The position numbers and the translations under genes were made by a program. Below the pieces are notes generated by a model, which was not told where the DNA came from, did no database searches, and worked only from the letters and a program-made list of their open reading frames with translations. A DNA stretch of 62,098 nucleotides, filler included, from Choristocarpus tenellus KU-1152 (lineage: Eukaryota; Protista; Phaeophyceae), in NCBI GenBank assembly GCA_964200185.2. It is 11 parts of 11 records of this genome, joined end to end, with 100 filler letters (N's around TTAATTAATTAA, not from the genome) between each part and the next. Parts side by side here need not be neighbours in the genome. Positions count along the whole stretch, not along the records: positions 1 to 5,048 come from CAXNAD020012050.1; positions 5,149 to 7,785 come from CAXNAD020026069.1; positions 7,886 to 14,153 come from CAXNAD020008523.1; 8 more parts are not named here. One strand, written 5' to 3'. Positions 1 to 11,554 of the stretch are shown here, one piece after another. The stretch's first letter is position 1; each line of letters starts with the position of its first letter.

Positions 1-116
1 GCATTATCTTTCTATTTTTTTTTTTTTTTTGTGTGGTTGTTTTTTTTTCGCCCCCCCCCCCCCCCCGTCCTGAGCATAACCTTATTTTGGCCTGCTCATG
101 CCTGTCGATTGTGTAG

Positions 117-218
117 GTCAATGCTGCGCTAGCGGAGATCTCAGTGATCAACAACTGCAGCTTTTTGGAAAATATGTGGGCAGACATCGACACGGTGATG
201 AAGCTCAAGGATTGTGAG
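117..218 (+). CDS. Internal exon of an unidentified gene (VNAALAEISVINNCSFLENMWADIDTVMKLKDCE)
   Basis: Acceptor tgtgtag| after a pyrimidine-rich tract, strong donor GAG|gtgagt, 102 nt open in frame. No recognisable domain. Confidence 0.55.
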
Positions 219-3159
219 GTGAGTACAAGGTCTGGCCCTGGGGTTACAGCAAAGCTGGATGTGGAAAGCATGCCTCCTATGAAGTGTCGTGATATTGATG
301 ATTTTGCCTCAAGCGGGCTTTCCTTAGAGTGACATCTGGCTGACTGGTGCTGTGTTCGTGTAGTAATTTCTTTGAAGTATTGCTTTTATCTGTTGTCACT
401 CGATCAAGAACTTTTCCTGCTGTGATATCAATGTTACAAGCATGTTCCTACTGTTGAAGATCTACGTGTAGTGCATGACAGGAGTATCATAGTCAACTCT
501 AGTGGTGAAATGGGAAGGATGATTGGCAAGCAAGGCTTGTAATGGTAGTGAGTTCACACCTCAGTACAGTAACAGTAATTTTGGAAAAGGTTTGATATGG
601 TAAGATGTCCAGTAAAGTATTTTGTACAGTACAAGAGTAAAAACAATATTGGGGAAAGTGCAGTACGTTAGCTGTAACAATATTTTTTGGGGGGGAAAAA
701 TGAATCAGTGCAGTAATTTATCGTTATTTTGATATTTGGATGACACCGTACATATGATGTAGTGGTTCCATGCTTTTCTATGGTACTTCAAATTTCCATC
801 ATGAGTGTCCATCCTATATACACCCTGGAACCCTCTCTCCTTACATGCTGATGACCCGCCCCCAATCAATGTCAGACACACTACCAGATAATGTCTTGAA
901 ATCTTGGCGCTCTTTGTTCACAAAATTACAATTTGTGAGATTGTAAATATGCAGGATTGACAGCATTAGTGTGTGTTTGTGTGGGGGGTGATAGGTGATA
1001 GGTGTGGTGATTTGTTGATCCTACCCAGATAGGAGGATAACAAAACTGGAAGTCCTCTTGCATGAGCCTGTGTATATATTTGTAATACACTACTTTTATT
1101 TTCGTCATCCCCTGGCATCTGGATGCCGGTCCTTCACACCTATTGCCACTTGCTAGGCAGTTGTCACTGCCTGCAGTGCGACATCAGCCTCCTTGCAACT
1201 TTGGTTGGCTGTGCCTGCTATTCCAGACCATACTGCAACTTACCTACTTCTTTAATGTGTGGTACTCTGTTGAGCCTGAGCATCATCTCAAACTTGGCAT
1301 CCTCCATGAAGCATCTGAGTTCGTGCAGTTCGTGCAGTAGACCCCCCAACATGAAGAACTTTTGTTCTGACTGGCAGCTGGTAGCATCTATCCCATGCAA
1401 GAGACAGCAAGCAGTGCAACTTGCGACATCTTGGGGGGTAAAACCACCTCTCCCGACAGATGTGGCACAGGTTGGTTTTTTATACCCCCCTCATAGCATC
1501 CACAAAAACATGCTGAGCCTTTGTTTTTTGCTGGTGTAGTGCCCTCCTCTTTGTTGTCTGCATGTGGGAGTGCTTGAGTGGCAGGGGACAGCACAGACTC
1601 AGATAGTCCTACCACCCCAGGATCATTGCTGATGTGAGCATTGTCCCTGGTGGAGCAGAAGTGTAGAAAAAATAGTGAAGTGTGCGTCTTCTGTGACAGT
1701 TTCATTCATCTCGTCTGAAGCTCCTTGGTAGCTGTCCTTTTTCCAACCTCTTGTAAGAGGGTTCCAGACGTAAGGAAACCTCTCAGCATTGATGGTGGGC
1801 CTGCCCGAATTCTTTTCCTTTCTTACCCCATTAGACCCTTGAGCAGAGCTTGAACCTGATTGTGAAGTCCTTTTACACTCACAGACTCAGGCTCCACGCC
1901 AGTCCAGCCCCTGATGCCTTGTTACTCATCACGATCTATCTGTCTGAGAACCTACATGAGGTACATGCACCTGGCAGGGTGGGGAGGATGCATACCCTGC
2001 CAGGTACATTTACCTCATCCAGATTCTCTGGTAAATGATTAGTGATGAGGAACAAGGCATCAGAGTCTGGGATGGCGCGGAGGCTACTGGACCCCACGTG
2101 TGACAGGACTCAATCGTCAGGTACAATCTCCAATTTGAGATACTGGAGGAATATTTCCTTGGCTTGAACAACCTCTCTCTTGAAACCAGAGAATAAATAG
2201 TAACCTGTGCAAAGAAGTAGTCCGATGTTACAAGTAGGTAAGGTATTATAGACACCATACAATAAACAAATACAGTGAGTACCTCCTACTCCAAGATTGC
2301 AGAATCAAGCAAAAGAATGACCGAAGACCCTGCGCTAACGTTTTTGGGGCTCACTTTCTTTATCTACAACTTGTACTCCTATGCGGTTTTAGTTCCTGTG
2401 ATCCTCCGAGTGTACAGGGAGAGACTGTGCATTTTTCTCTGGTTGCTTGGGATAAATGTCACTGTGATTGCGATAAACACGGTGTTGGATGTCATGTAGG
2501 CAACACGCGGTTACCTGAGATTATTTGCATACCAGATCACTAACAGGTTACGTAGTCTCTGGTCTCGTACAGCGGGCACTCTATCCTCCATGAAATGTGT
2601 AAGTATTAACGTCCCCCCACTCGCTGCTATTCAGTGAGAACGGGGCAATGCGATAGTCTATTGTATCAGGTGTTTCCTGGGTTAAGCCCCCAAACCGTGG
2701 ACACCATCTATTCAGCAAAAGCAATTCATCTTGGAAAGGGAAGTGGAAGCGACCACTCTCACCGATAGTGATCCTCTGGTCTTATCCTTTATCGACCGTA
2801 CAATAGCCTTGATCGCCTCCTTGCGGTCCTGGTTGTGGAACCTGTTCAGATTAGATAGGCAGTAAGCCTACATCTGGAATCCTTGTAGATTTTTTTGAGG
2901 AGATGGCAGCACTCCGTTTGTTTGCCATTCTTGATGGCCGAGATGTTCTTGGTTGGGGTGATAAACTTCTGAAAGAGGTTCCATGGCAAGTACCTATCTC
3001 GTGGCATCCTTGCCCGGCTTGGTGGCCTCGATGTCAGTGACAATTGCTGTGCTGCCCCTTGAACCACGAGATATCTCACACAAATTTTGACAAAATCTGA
3101 ACCAAAAAATAATACTAAAATACTACTACTACTATACCACCTATTGTCTATTCTAGGGA

Positions 3160-3387
3160 TATGGGGAAGGAGGGGCTTGTTAGATTCGTGGAGCACGGGA
3201 CTAAGCTAGATTAGAGGTACAGGAAGGGAACGGTGTAGCAGCAAAACTGGTAGTAAAATAGTGAATAGATTAATGCTTTTCACGTTAATGACAAATGTTA
3301 CTTTTCTAGGGTTTATTCTGACATGTGAATAGTTTTTGTTGATTTTTCCCTGACACATCTGAAAAATGTCAGAGAGGATAATAATAC
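3160..3387 (+). mobile_element. 3' end (UTR, stem-loop, TAA tail) of a CRE-like non-LTR retrotransposon
   Basis: Aligns by eye to 14690-14937 and ends in ccCTGACAcatctgaaaaaTGTCAGagaggATAATAATA. Confidence 0.65.
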
Positions 3388-3499
3388 ATACTATGTTAGA
3401 TTTGCGTGTGATATATCCATCCGTATCATACAGTTGGAGGTTTGAACTGTATGATACGACGATTTTTGTACAATATTTCCCTGATGTACCATATATATA

Positions 3500-3950
3500 T
3501 TATTATTATGCCCTCTGACATTTCGCAGGTGTGTTAGGGGAAAAACCAATGAAATCTATTCACATGTCAGAAAAATCCCTAAGAAACAGTTGTCGTAAAT
3601 GTGAAAGACATTAATCTATTTACTATTTTACTACCAGCTATGCTACACCACTTACTGCCTCCCTGTGCCTCCAACTTAGCTTAGTCCTGCACCCCAGGAT
3701 GAGGAACTTGCAAAGCATCCCAAGATCCAACAAGCCCTTCTCTACCCATTTCCCTGGTGGCTCCAGCTTAAAATGCATGGGACGTTTAGATAGGGCTACT
3801 TGGGTTGTGACTGAGACTATCTGGTGTAGACGGGACTTGATTGCCCCTTTTCTATTATAGTCTCCTGTCCCTCTCCCTCCTACCATGTGCATAACTTGCT
3901 CATCCAGAAAACTTTCTGCTTGCTTTCTGAGGCGCCCAAAACTTTCCACC
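3500..3950 (-). mobile_element. CRE-like non-LTR retrotransposon remnant (end of RLE domain plus 3' UTR)
   Basis: Peptide VESFGRLRKQAESFLDE...KSRLHQIVSVTTQVALSKRPMHFKLE is homologous to 14480-14680. It is followed by the same 3' UTR, stem-loop and (TAA)n tail. Confidence 0.7.
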
Positions 3951-4883
3951 ATATTATTATTACGCCCTCTGACATTTTGTACATGTGTCAGGGAAAAGGC
4001 CAATTCAATATCATAACCCCTGTAAAGTAACTGTTGTTGTAAATGTGAACGGTAACTCTCCAAAAATCAGAACTACCATAAATATATTAGTTGTCAAATA
4101 CTAAGAGTCTCTAGAAAATATCGATCACTGTGGTCAAAATCCTGTGGTAGTTTGAATTACTGTCTACATACTTTACTCACTACGTTTGTTTTGATTAACA
4201 CGACGAGCCTTGGGATGATTTCATGAGTGGTTTGACGCCTTCTTGTATCTGTAGTGACCTCCACCTGACTCCAGTTTCTTGATCACCGAACCTCAACGAT
4301 GTTAGGAAGCTTATTCTGAAACATCCCTTTGAGTTCTCTTCATGACAGCTCTCAATAGCATGAGTTATACCCACCTCAGTTGTTACACCTGCAATACTAT
4401 GTTGAATTTCCATTCACCTGGTGATGGACTCTACACACGTTAAGTACCGCTGTTGTTTATTTCTTGTTTTTATTTCTTGAGGTGTATTCATACTCGCCTG
4501 ACATGGAGGGAGATCCGCTGAGTGAGGGGTGCCTGTGGTCATTCAATCACTTCTTCTTCAGTAAGAGTCTCAAGAGGATACTATTTTTGCACTGCACTGC
4601 GAAGAGGTGAGGAACAATCTGAGAACAGTGCTGTTCTGATGGATGTTTGGTACCTCAGGGTTCTGAGTTTAATGCAGGTCATATCATTCTTCAGATATTT
4701 GCTTCTCATGTGGGGTGCCAGTTGCAGCACTAGTTGAGGTCCCCATTCCCCCAGCGTGCTGTTTATAGTAATGTATACACTTTTGCTTGCCATATGATCT
4801 GAGTACATGTATGAATGTTTGTGTTCTTTACCTCCACTCCTACCCTTCCTTTTTTCTGATGCTTGTACTCTTATCCTTTATCA

Positions 4884-5048
4884 GCAAACTACACCTGATG
4901 GAGGAGGTGGATGATGATGATAGCGATGCTGATGACCAGGACACCTATCTGGATGACAGGGCTGATGAGGGGGTCCTTGGAGGTAGTCCCCCACCCCCCA
5001 CCCCACCGCCCCTGCCCCAGCCTTCCACCCGCCCGCCTCCCACCACTG
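4884..5048 (+). CDS. Possible exon encoding an acidic/proline-rich segment, truncated by the contig end
   Basis: Pyrimidine tract and tttatcag acceptor, then an open frame KLHLMEEVDDDDSDADDQD...PPPP. Confidence 0.35.
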
Positions 5049-5148
5049 NNNNNNNNNNNNNNNNNNNNNNNNNNNNNNNNNNNNNNNNNNNNTTAATTAA
5101 TTAANNNNNNNNNNNNNNNNNNNNNNNNNNNNNNNNNNNNNNNNNNNN
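5049..5148. other. Artificial contig linker
   Basis: 44 N + TTAATTAATTAA (stops in all six frames) + 44 N, identical at ten sites. Confidence 0.98.
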
Positions 5149-5408
5149 TGGGGTGGGTGGGGGCCGGGTGCAGAGCCTGAGGCAGACGGGGAGGACCATG
5201 GGGAACAGGGTGAAGAGGAAGAGAGTGCCAGGTATTGATTTGTTTCATTCTTGTCCTCTTGTATACCTTTTTTTCCAAATGGCTGCGCAAATTGTACCTT
5301 TCTGTGGACATAGGAATTGTGCGACGCTTTGAACATGATGCTGCGCTTGCTTACTGCTGCCACGGTTGCATGTAATGTTTTTTTTTTGTCTCCCCCTGCC
5401 TTTGCGTT

Positions 5409-5619
5409 TTGTGTGTGTGTGTGTGCGTGTGTGTGTGTTTTTTTTTGTATGTTGGTATCACTATTACCACTACTATTACTATTACTACTAGTACTACTAC
5501 TAGTACTACTATTTCTATGACAGTACTATTACCACTACTACTACTATTACCACTACTATTTCTATTACTACCATTACTACCACTACTACCACTACTAATA
5601 TTACTATTTTTACTACTAT

Positions 5620-5651
<32 letters not shown>

Positions 5652-5710
5652 TTACGACTACAATTTCTATTACTACTACTACTACTACTACTACTAATAA
5701 TAATAACAAT
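5409..5710. repeat. (TG)n followed by a long imperfect (TAC/TAT)n microsatellite
   Basis: Directly visible. It produces the spurious poly-L, poly-S and poly-V ORFs. Confidence 0.95.
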
Positions 5711-5951
5711 AATGCACACTATCGGTTAGGTTCCTACATACAGAGGTTTTGAACCACGAAAGGCATGTTTGGACAGTGGGGTGATAGATAATGTATCCGT
5801 TGTACTTTTTTTTTTGCTTTTTCATTTTTGTGTGTGTGAGAATTCGTAGCGCCATGTGTTTGAAAATGTTATCAGAACATGCCGATGATGTCACCAGGTT
5901 CCCGGAACACCCCTGGTCTCTCTCTCCAGACCCGAACGAAAGGAACTGTTG

Positions 5952-5975
5952 TAGGGTTAGGGTTAGGGTTAGGTT
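5952..5975 (+). repeat. Short interstitial telomere-like (TTAGGG)n tract
   Basis: tagggttagggttagggttaggtt. Confidence 0.7.
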
Positions 5976-6354
5976 GTAGGTCCCTTACACATCAAAACTC
6001 CTTCAAAACCATGATTTTTTTTGTGTTCATATATGTATATATATATGTATGAAATATAAGTGTGTACACTAGGTTCTTACCCTTGAAGGGAAATGAGCTG
6101 AATTTTTAAACAAAGCAGTGCACCAGAAAGTGAACAAAGTCAGCGGGACCCTTGCACCTCCTCGTGGTTGCTTCCCTTTCCATATTTATTTTTATATCTG
6201 TGATACATGTCCGTGTATCCAACACTCAATTAATTTATCCCACTTTTGCATGACTTATTCCAAGATCTGACAAACTCTGTTCCTTCCCGCCCCCCCTCTA
6301 ACTCTCTCCTTATATAGCACTGCAGTGGGTCTGGTCCATACATCAACCCAACAG

Positions 6355-6590
6355 ATGGCTTCACGCCGTTGGCATTCACCTCTTCATGGCCCTCTACTTC
6401 AGAAGGGCCGCACCTCGGGGCATACGGAAACTCTGATCCCTTAGATGTCACTCAGTGGGTAGAGGTTGCTGGAGCATTAACAGCGGACACGGCTTCCTGG
6501 AATGAGTTCGCTGGGAAGTGTTCTTCAGTTGTGGCAGCCCTCGAGTACAGGGTCCTGTACGCCTCAGTGGGCTCCAAGGAAAACCCTCAG
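6355..6590 (+). CDS. TCTN: Tectonic-family (ciliary transition zone) exon
   Basis: Boundaries caacag| and CAG|gtaggt. Peptide HLGAYGNSDPLDVTQWVEV...CSSVVAALEYRVLYASVGSKENPQ matches the tectonic C-terminal pattern (GNxD..W; C..L....LYAxVGS..NPQ). Confidence 0.75.
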
Positions 6591-7528
6591 GTAGGTACAT
6601 TTAAAAAAAAAATCTTAATTCTGTTCATCTTCTTGTTTGAAGCGTGGCGCGAGAGAAGCGACTTGGGGAGTTTTTTTTTTCAACTTTTTTTTTTTAAGTT
6701 TTAATTTTTTTTAAAATTTTTATGTATTGCGGTCTGGGAAAGGATGCGAGGGGATGTATATATATATATATATATATTTTTTCTGTTCTGTCTCATTTTA
6801 ATATTTATATTACAAACACGCACGCCTGTGGTGGTGTATAGTTAGTGTGCCTAGATTGATGGGGGCGATAAGGCTGGAGAGGCTACGTAATGCATCCTAT
6901 TGGTGTAATCTTGGAATGAAATGTAGGCACACCATTGGTGGACAAAATTGAAATTGTTTCTGTGTATTTCCCCGGTTCTCGGTGTTTTCCTGAGATGCAG
7001 CATATAGCATGACATGGTGCATATGTGGTTCTCTCCCAGCTCATTTGTTGTAGAACTATCGTCGTTCCTGTGCTACTGAGATCGACTGGTGTGCTAGTTG
7101 AGGTGACAAAACTGACTGCTGCTGTTATTGAGATGGTGAACTATGTCATAGCTCCGACACTCCCCTGGAAAGAATGAAGACACCCTCCAAAATTGATGCT
7201 TCCACATGCTGTGTAAATGATACTCCACTCGTATATATATATATTTTTTTATTTCATCACCCCCAACCAATTAGAATGACTAAAATACGCGTTTTTAACT
7301 TTTTCATTCGTTCATTTTTATTATTATTATTAGTAGTAGTAGTAGTAGTAGTAGTAGTATTATACCTTTTAAAAATATATATTTTTTTATCTATAGCGAA
7401 ACTTTCAAGGATACTACATTTGTTTTTTGTTTTTTTACGACCATTTCACCGAGTACGCGCACACACACGTGTCCTGGTGACTCCACTCGCCCTCTGGTCA
7501 TCACCTCCCCTAACCCTTTAAAGAACAG

Positions 7529-7657
7529 ACAAAGGTACTGCTGGCCGAGGCTCGCTATGGCAAGGACGACTGGGTTTGGCAAGGCACGGATGGGGATGGA
7601 GATGAGCAGGCGTTTTTGGTATGCGCCAGCGTATCCTTTACCCAGTATGACCAAGAG
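7529..7657 (+). CDS. TCTN: Next tectonic exon (TKVLLAEARYGKDDWVWQG...QAFLVCASVSFTQYDQE)
   Basis: Acceptor gaacag| and donor GAG|gtaagg. The phase-0 join gives NPQ|TKVL, like tectonic NPQAKI, and the exon ends with an xSVSF motif. It is absent from the ORF track. Confidence 0.72.
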
Positions 7658-7703
7658 GTAAGGATTGCAAGCTATATATTGTATTTGCTACAAGACAATG
7701 TGG

Positions 7704-7785
7704 TGGCTCGAAGTATCTGGGGGGGGGGGAGGGGGGGGGGGTGCCGACTGTCCATTTAGGGCCCATTTTTTTCTGTCGATATTTT
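7704..7785 (+). mobile_element. Partial G-rich MITE (family B)
   Basis: ggctcgaagtatctGGGGG...gtccattt, matching 13995 and 40549. Confidence 0.7.
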
Positions 7786-7885
7786 NNNNNNNNNNNNNNN
7801 NNNNNNNNNNNNNNNNNNNNNNNNNNNNNTTAATTAATTAANNNNNNNNNNNNNNNNNNNNNNNNNNNNNNNNNNNNNNNNNNNN
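7786..7885. other. Artificial contig linker
   Basis: N44-TTAATTAATTAA-N44. Confidence 0.98.
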
Positions 7886-7917
7886 ACGGACACCCCACCT
7901 CCCGAATACTTTGACCC

Positions 7918-8300
7918 TCCAGCTTGAAACGCATGACACATCTGGACAAAAGGCCACCTAGTGCGAGGGATGTCCATTCCTTTGCACAGTTTCCCAGACG
8001 CTTCACCATCAGTGTGTGTTGGCGAACCTGTCCTCCTGGCCCTAGGGCAGGTGCGGGCATGTTTGGTGTCTATATTCTGCCTCCTGCAACCAGTCATGGG
8101 GAACCTGTTTGATAAGGCCTCCTCTCTCCCTAGGGATCTGCTGGCAGTGAGTTTGAACTCGACAGGGGGGATCTGGCATGCCAGCTCCGGGGTTGTGTTA
8201 AGGGCTCATGCATTTGCTCCTTGTCCACATTGGCTCTGGTAGCGTGCCAGGGCTAGCACGGAACTTTCCTTCCCTTGCTCCTTTTCATTAGGTGAGGCAG
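7918..8300 (-). mobile_element. CRE-like non-LTR remnant (zinc knuckle region plus C-terminus, internally deleted)
   Basis: GCRRQNIDTKHARTCPRA (C..D..HA..C knuckle-like) and LSRCVMRFKLE, the latter matching the C-terminus at 14645-14680. Confidence 0.6.
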
Positions 8301-8768
8301 TTGTGTCCCGAGAGAGTTGAAACGAATCCTGTTTAAGAGGAGTGCGTACTATCCTCATCAATGACAGGATCCAGGGACCCCTAGGATATATATTGTTATA
8401 ACTGACAATTTGAAGACGTGTCAAGGAAAAAACCATAAAATTATTGTGGAAAGCAGCTTTGTCTATTGTTATACCGTTATTTCCGTATGCCATGTACCTT
8501 TATACTGATTGAGGCTGTGTTGAGAACTTCCGTTCAAGGGCGTGGAGCATATTCGGAGTGATAGATTTCTGTGTCTTCCGGTAACGTCTCTTTATGAGTA
8601 CGTTTTTCCGAAGGTGGATCTCCCATCTCTGAAATGTTTTATTTCTGGAACCCATCCGAATCGCGTTCCTCCCTACTTCTTCTTCAGTTCCCCACTTTTT
8701 CGTGCAAGTCCTTTCAGTCTTGCATTTGTCCAACCATAACCTCGTCCTCTCGGTTACGGTTCGTCTTC

Positions 8769-8830
8769 GTCCGTCTGGTCCGTCTGGTCCGTCTGGTCCG
8801 TCTGGTCCGTCTGGTCCGTCTGGTCCGTCT
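8769..8830. repeat. 9-bp tandem repeat (GTCCGTCTG) x ~7
   Basis: Directly visible. Confidence 0.95.
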
Positions 8831-9144
8831 TGCCTGGTGATTCCCTTCACCACCCTGAATAATCTCGACACATAATACAAAAAAAAACATATCGATACTT
8901 TCTCCCAGTCAATTTTTTGTCAAGCCCATCCTCAATGAATCATTTCATCTTTTATTTTTAAAATTTTTTTTTTATTACAGAATCATCACACTATTCATGT
9001 AATATTTTCACATAATATATATTTACGTCAAGTATAAAAACAAGAAATTGCGTATACTCGAAAAAGTTTGAGACGAGGTAAAACAACGTAAACATATAGG
9101 GCATATATGAGTGAACTATACTTGAAAATATAACAGGTATTATG

Positions 9145-9452
9145 TTATTATTTATTATACCCTCTGACATTTTGGAGATGTGTCAGGGGGGACACAAACG
9201 AACAGATATTATCATTAGTTTATGGATCTCAGACCCTCTGTTGAAAAGTAGTTCAAACAAGATAAATATACACAGAAAAAAAGGCAATAAGGTCCATAGA
9301 AGAAAAACGAAAGAGGGGAAGCAAAATGAAAATAGAAAAAGAGGCGAATCGAAGAGAAACGAACAGAAAGAATAGAATGATGAGAGTAATATATTGGTTT
9401 GGCGTTTTCCCTGACACATCTTCAAACTGTTTTGGAAGGAATAATAATATAT
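9145..9452. mobile_element. Two short CRE-type 3' ends in inverted orientation, tails pointing outward
   Basis: ttattataccctCTGACAttttggagatgTGTCAG at ~9152-9186 and ccctgacacatcttcaaactg...aataataat at ~9409-9450. Confidence 0.5.
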
Positions 9453-11304
9453 ATACAAAATGATCACAACATGAACAATCACCTAAGAAGAAACAGAAGG
9501 GGAAGAGAAAGAAAATGAAGGACGGAAGACAGTAAGTTATAAAATGAAACACTAATTTGGAGATGGTGAGGGATGTGGTGGCGTTGGTGGTTTGGACGAC
9601 TTTACATGATGATTTGGAGTGTGACGTACATTAACTGTCACAGATTTCTTGGAATGTCATTTGACCATAAACTAGTTATCCCCTAAGCCATACACACTCA
9701 TACCACTCCTCTTGGTTACTGACGCTCGTCCTCTGCAACCAACCCTCAACTCCAATCCCAATCTTGTCGAACCTCGTCTCGGACATACATGTCCACCACC
9801 AGTTCTTCTCCTGTCCACCTTGCTTCCGTTTTCCACTACGGTTCCCCAACATCAATATGTTGGGAAGTCACTCATCTTTACACAGCAAGATATATAACCC
9901 TCCCCTTATCTATCCACTATTGAGCCACTATTGGATTAATACTCTTAACCATTAGTGATACAATAAGAGGGGCATTATTGTACTATAGGATATGATCATT
10001 AGGTTCCTTTCTATAGAAATCTATCTAGTAAACAAGAAAGTTGTGATGATGTGAACGGAGCTTCAAATAATGATTTTGGAAGAGTGTCGACGTCATCAAC
10101 CAGATAACAGAACTACTATAGGAATCAGAGTAAGAACGATTCCATTCCACAATAAAAATAAATCCTCTAAAAAAAGATTACCCCCAATAATATATTTTCT
10201 TCTTCCATAACAGCTTCCAACATCATCCTGATTATTATTTACTAATTTTTACAAGAACTTAGTATTCCACAAAAAATGTACCATATGGTTGTGGAATGAT
10301 ATCAAAATAATATTATCATCCATTAGTAGACTGGTGACATCGGGGTTATTGTTGACAAAAATATGATCATTCATCACAATGATCATATATATCGAGACGA
10401 TTACCTCGACAAAGATATCCCACCTCTGTAAGTAGATAGTGGTCAAGGAAAACTTGTACACCTTCAATCCTTGTGTTTCTCTTTCACAATACAACCAACG
10501 GTAGCTTTAAGACTAGACGCACTGGACTTGACGATGGTGATCACCAATAACAGTCGCCGCAGGAAACAACCAGGATCAGTGTGCCAATCTGTGGGATCCC
10601 TACCTCATGATTGTGTGCGCCACTCAAATCTCCCTTCTTTTCTTCGGGTAAGTGTTCAACACACAAATGAAACCCAGAAAAATTAACCTGAACATATATA
10701 GGACAGAAAAGACATCTTACCATTTGCACAGCGGTGTCGTAAGTAACAAGTGTGGGTTTAGAGATCCTGTCGCAGTCACATAGTAGTCGAAAACGATAGA
10801 CGAGCATGTCTAACATGCTTGTCATCACAACGTCCCTCTCGCTTTCACTACACCAAAACTTACGTCGAAACGTCAAGGCATTGGCGAAGTTCAAGAGTAC
10901 ATGTCTACCTGATAGGACTCTCGAATCACTGAGTGAAGATTCCTTCCGTTCCATCGCTAAGGTTTGTTTTGAGTAACTCCTAAAAGTGATTGATTGTACT
11001 ATGCCTCAACTAGGTGGTCTTTGTTCCGATTTGTCTCCTCACCTGGCTTTCACTCGTTGGTTAAGTTTCACCGATTCCTCTTGAACAGTGAGGGGAACCA
11101 CAAAGTCTATGTACTACCAATTACGTAGCAAGTTATACGATTGTCTTCTTCCTCCTCCCTCCCTACATACACCTATACCCTCCCTATGCCCGCGACAGTA
11201 CAAAGAGAGGTAGGGTTTGACGGCACCCTAGATGATGAGTAAACTTGTTTATCTACACCACGGAATAGGCAAAATTTCCAAGGTTTAAACTACAAGACCC
11301 AATT

Positions 11305-11554
11305 GATCCAAAGCATTTTAGAGGGTATGAATATTGCCCTGTTTGTCTTGGCTTCCCACGGGTATTTTCTATGCCCTCTTTTCGGTTTTCCGTGTGTACA
11401 CAATTACCTAAAATGTATACGACTGTGAAAGATGTGTCCGGAACAAGGATATTGACAATTGCTAACAATCACGATAGCCGAAATGAATCAAAATCGCAAC
11501 ATTGATTTACGATCCCAAACGGATGCGGCTCTACGCTCTTAAATGCTTTGACTC
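11305..11554 (-). mobile_element. MITE family A, diverged copy
   Basis: TIRs gatccaaagcattttagag / ctcttaaatgctttgactc, flanked by AATT on both sides. Confidence 0.75.

Noticed and set aside
1000-1920. Decayed minus-strand coding sequence
   Set aside because: It has multiple stops, and I found no motif I can assign.
5093-5104. Recurring TTAATTAATTAA as a biological motif (PacI or piggyBac site)
   Set aside because: It is always centred in identical N runs, so it is a synthetic linker.
5317-5729. Poly-Leu, poly-Ser and poly-Val ORFs
   Set aside because: They are translations of microsatellites.
5952-5975. True chromosome end
   Set aside because: Only ~4 units, internal to a contig and upstream of a gene exon.
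8500-8880. Collagen-like (GPD)n protein
   Set aside because: It comes from a perfect 9-bp DNA repeat with no synonymous variation, and the flanking peptide is unconvincing.
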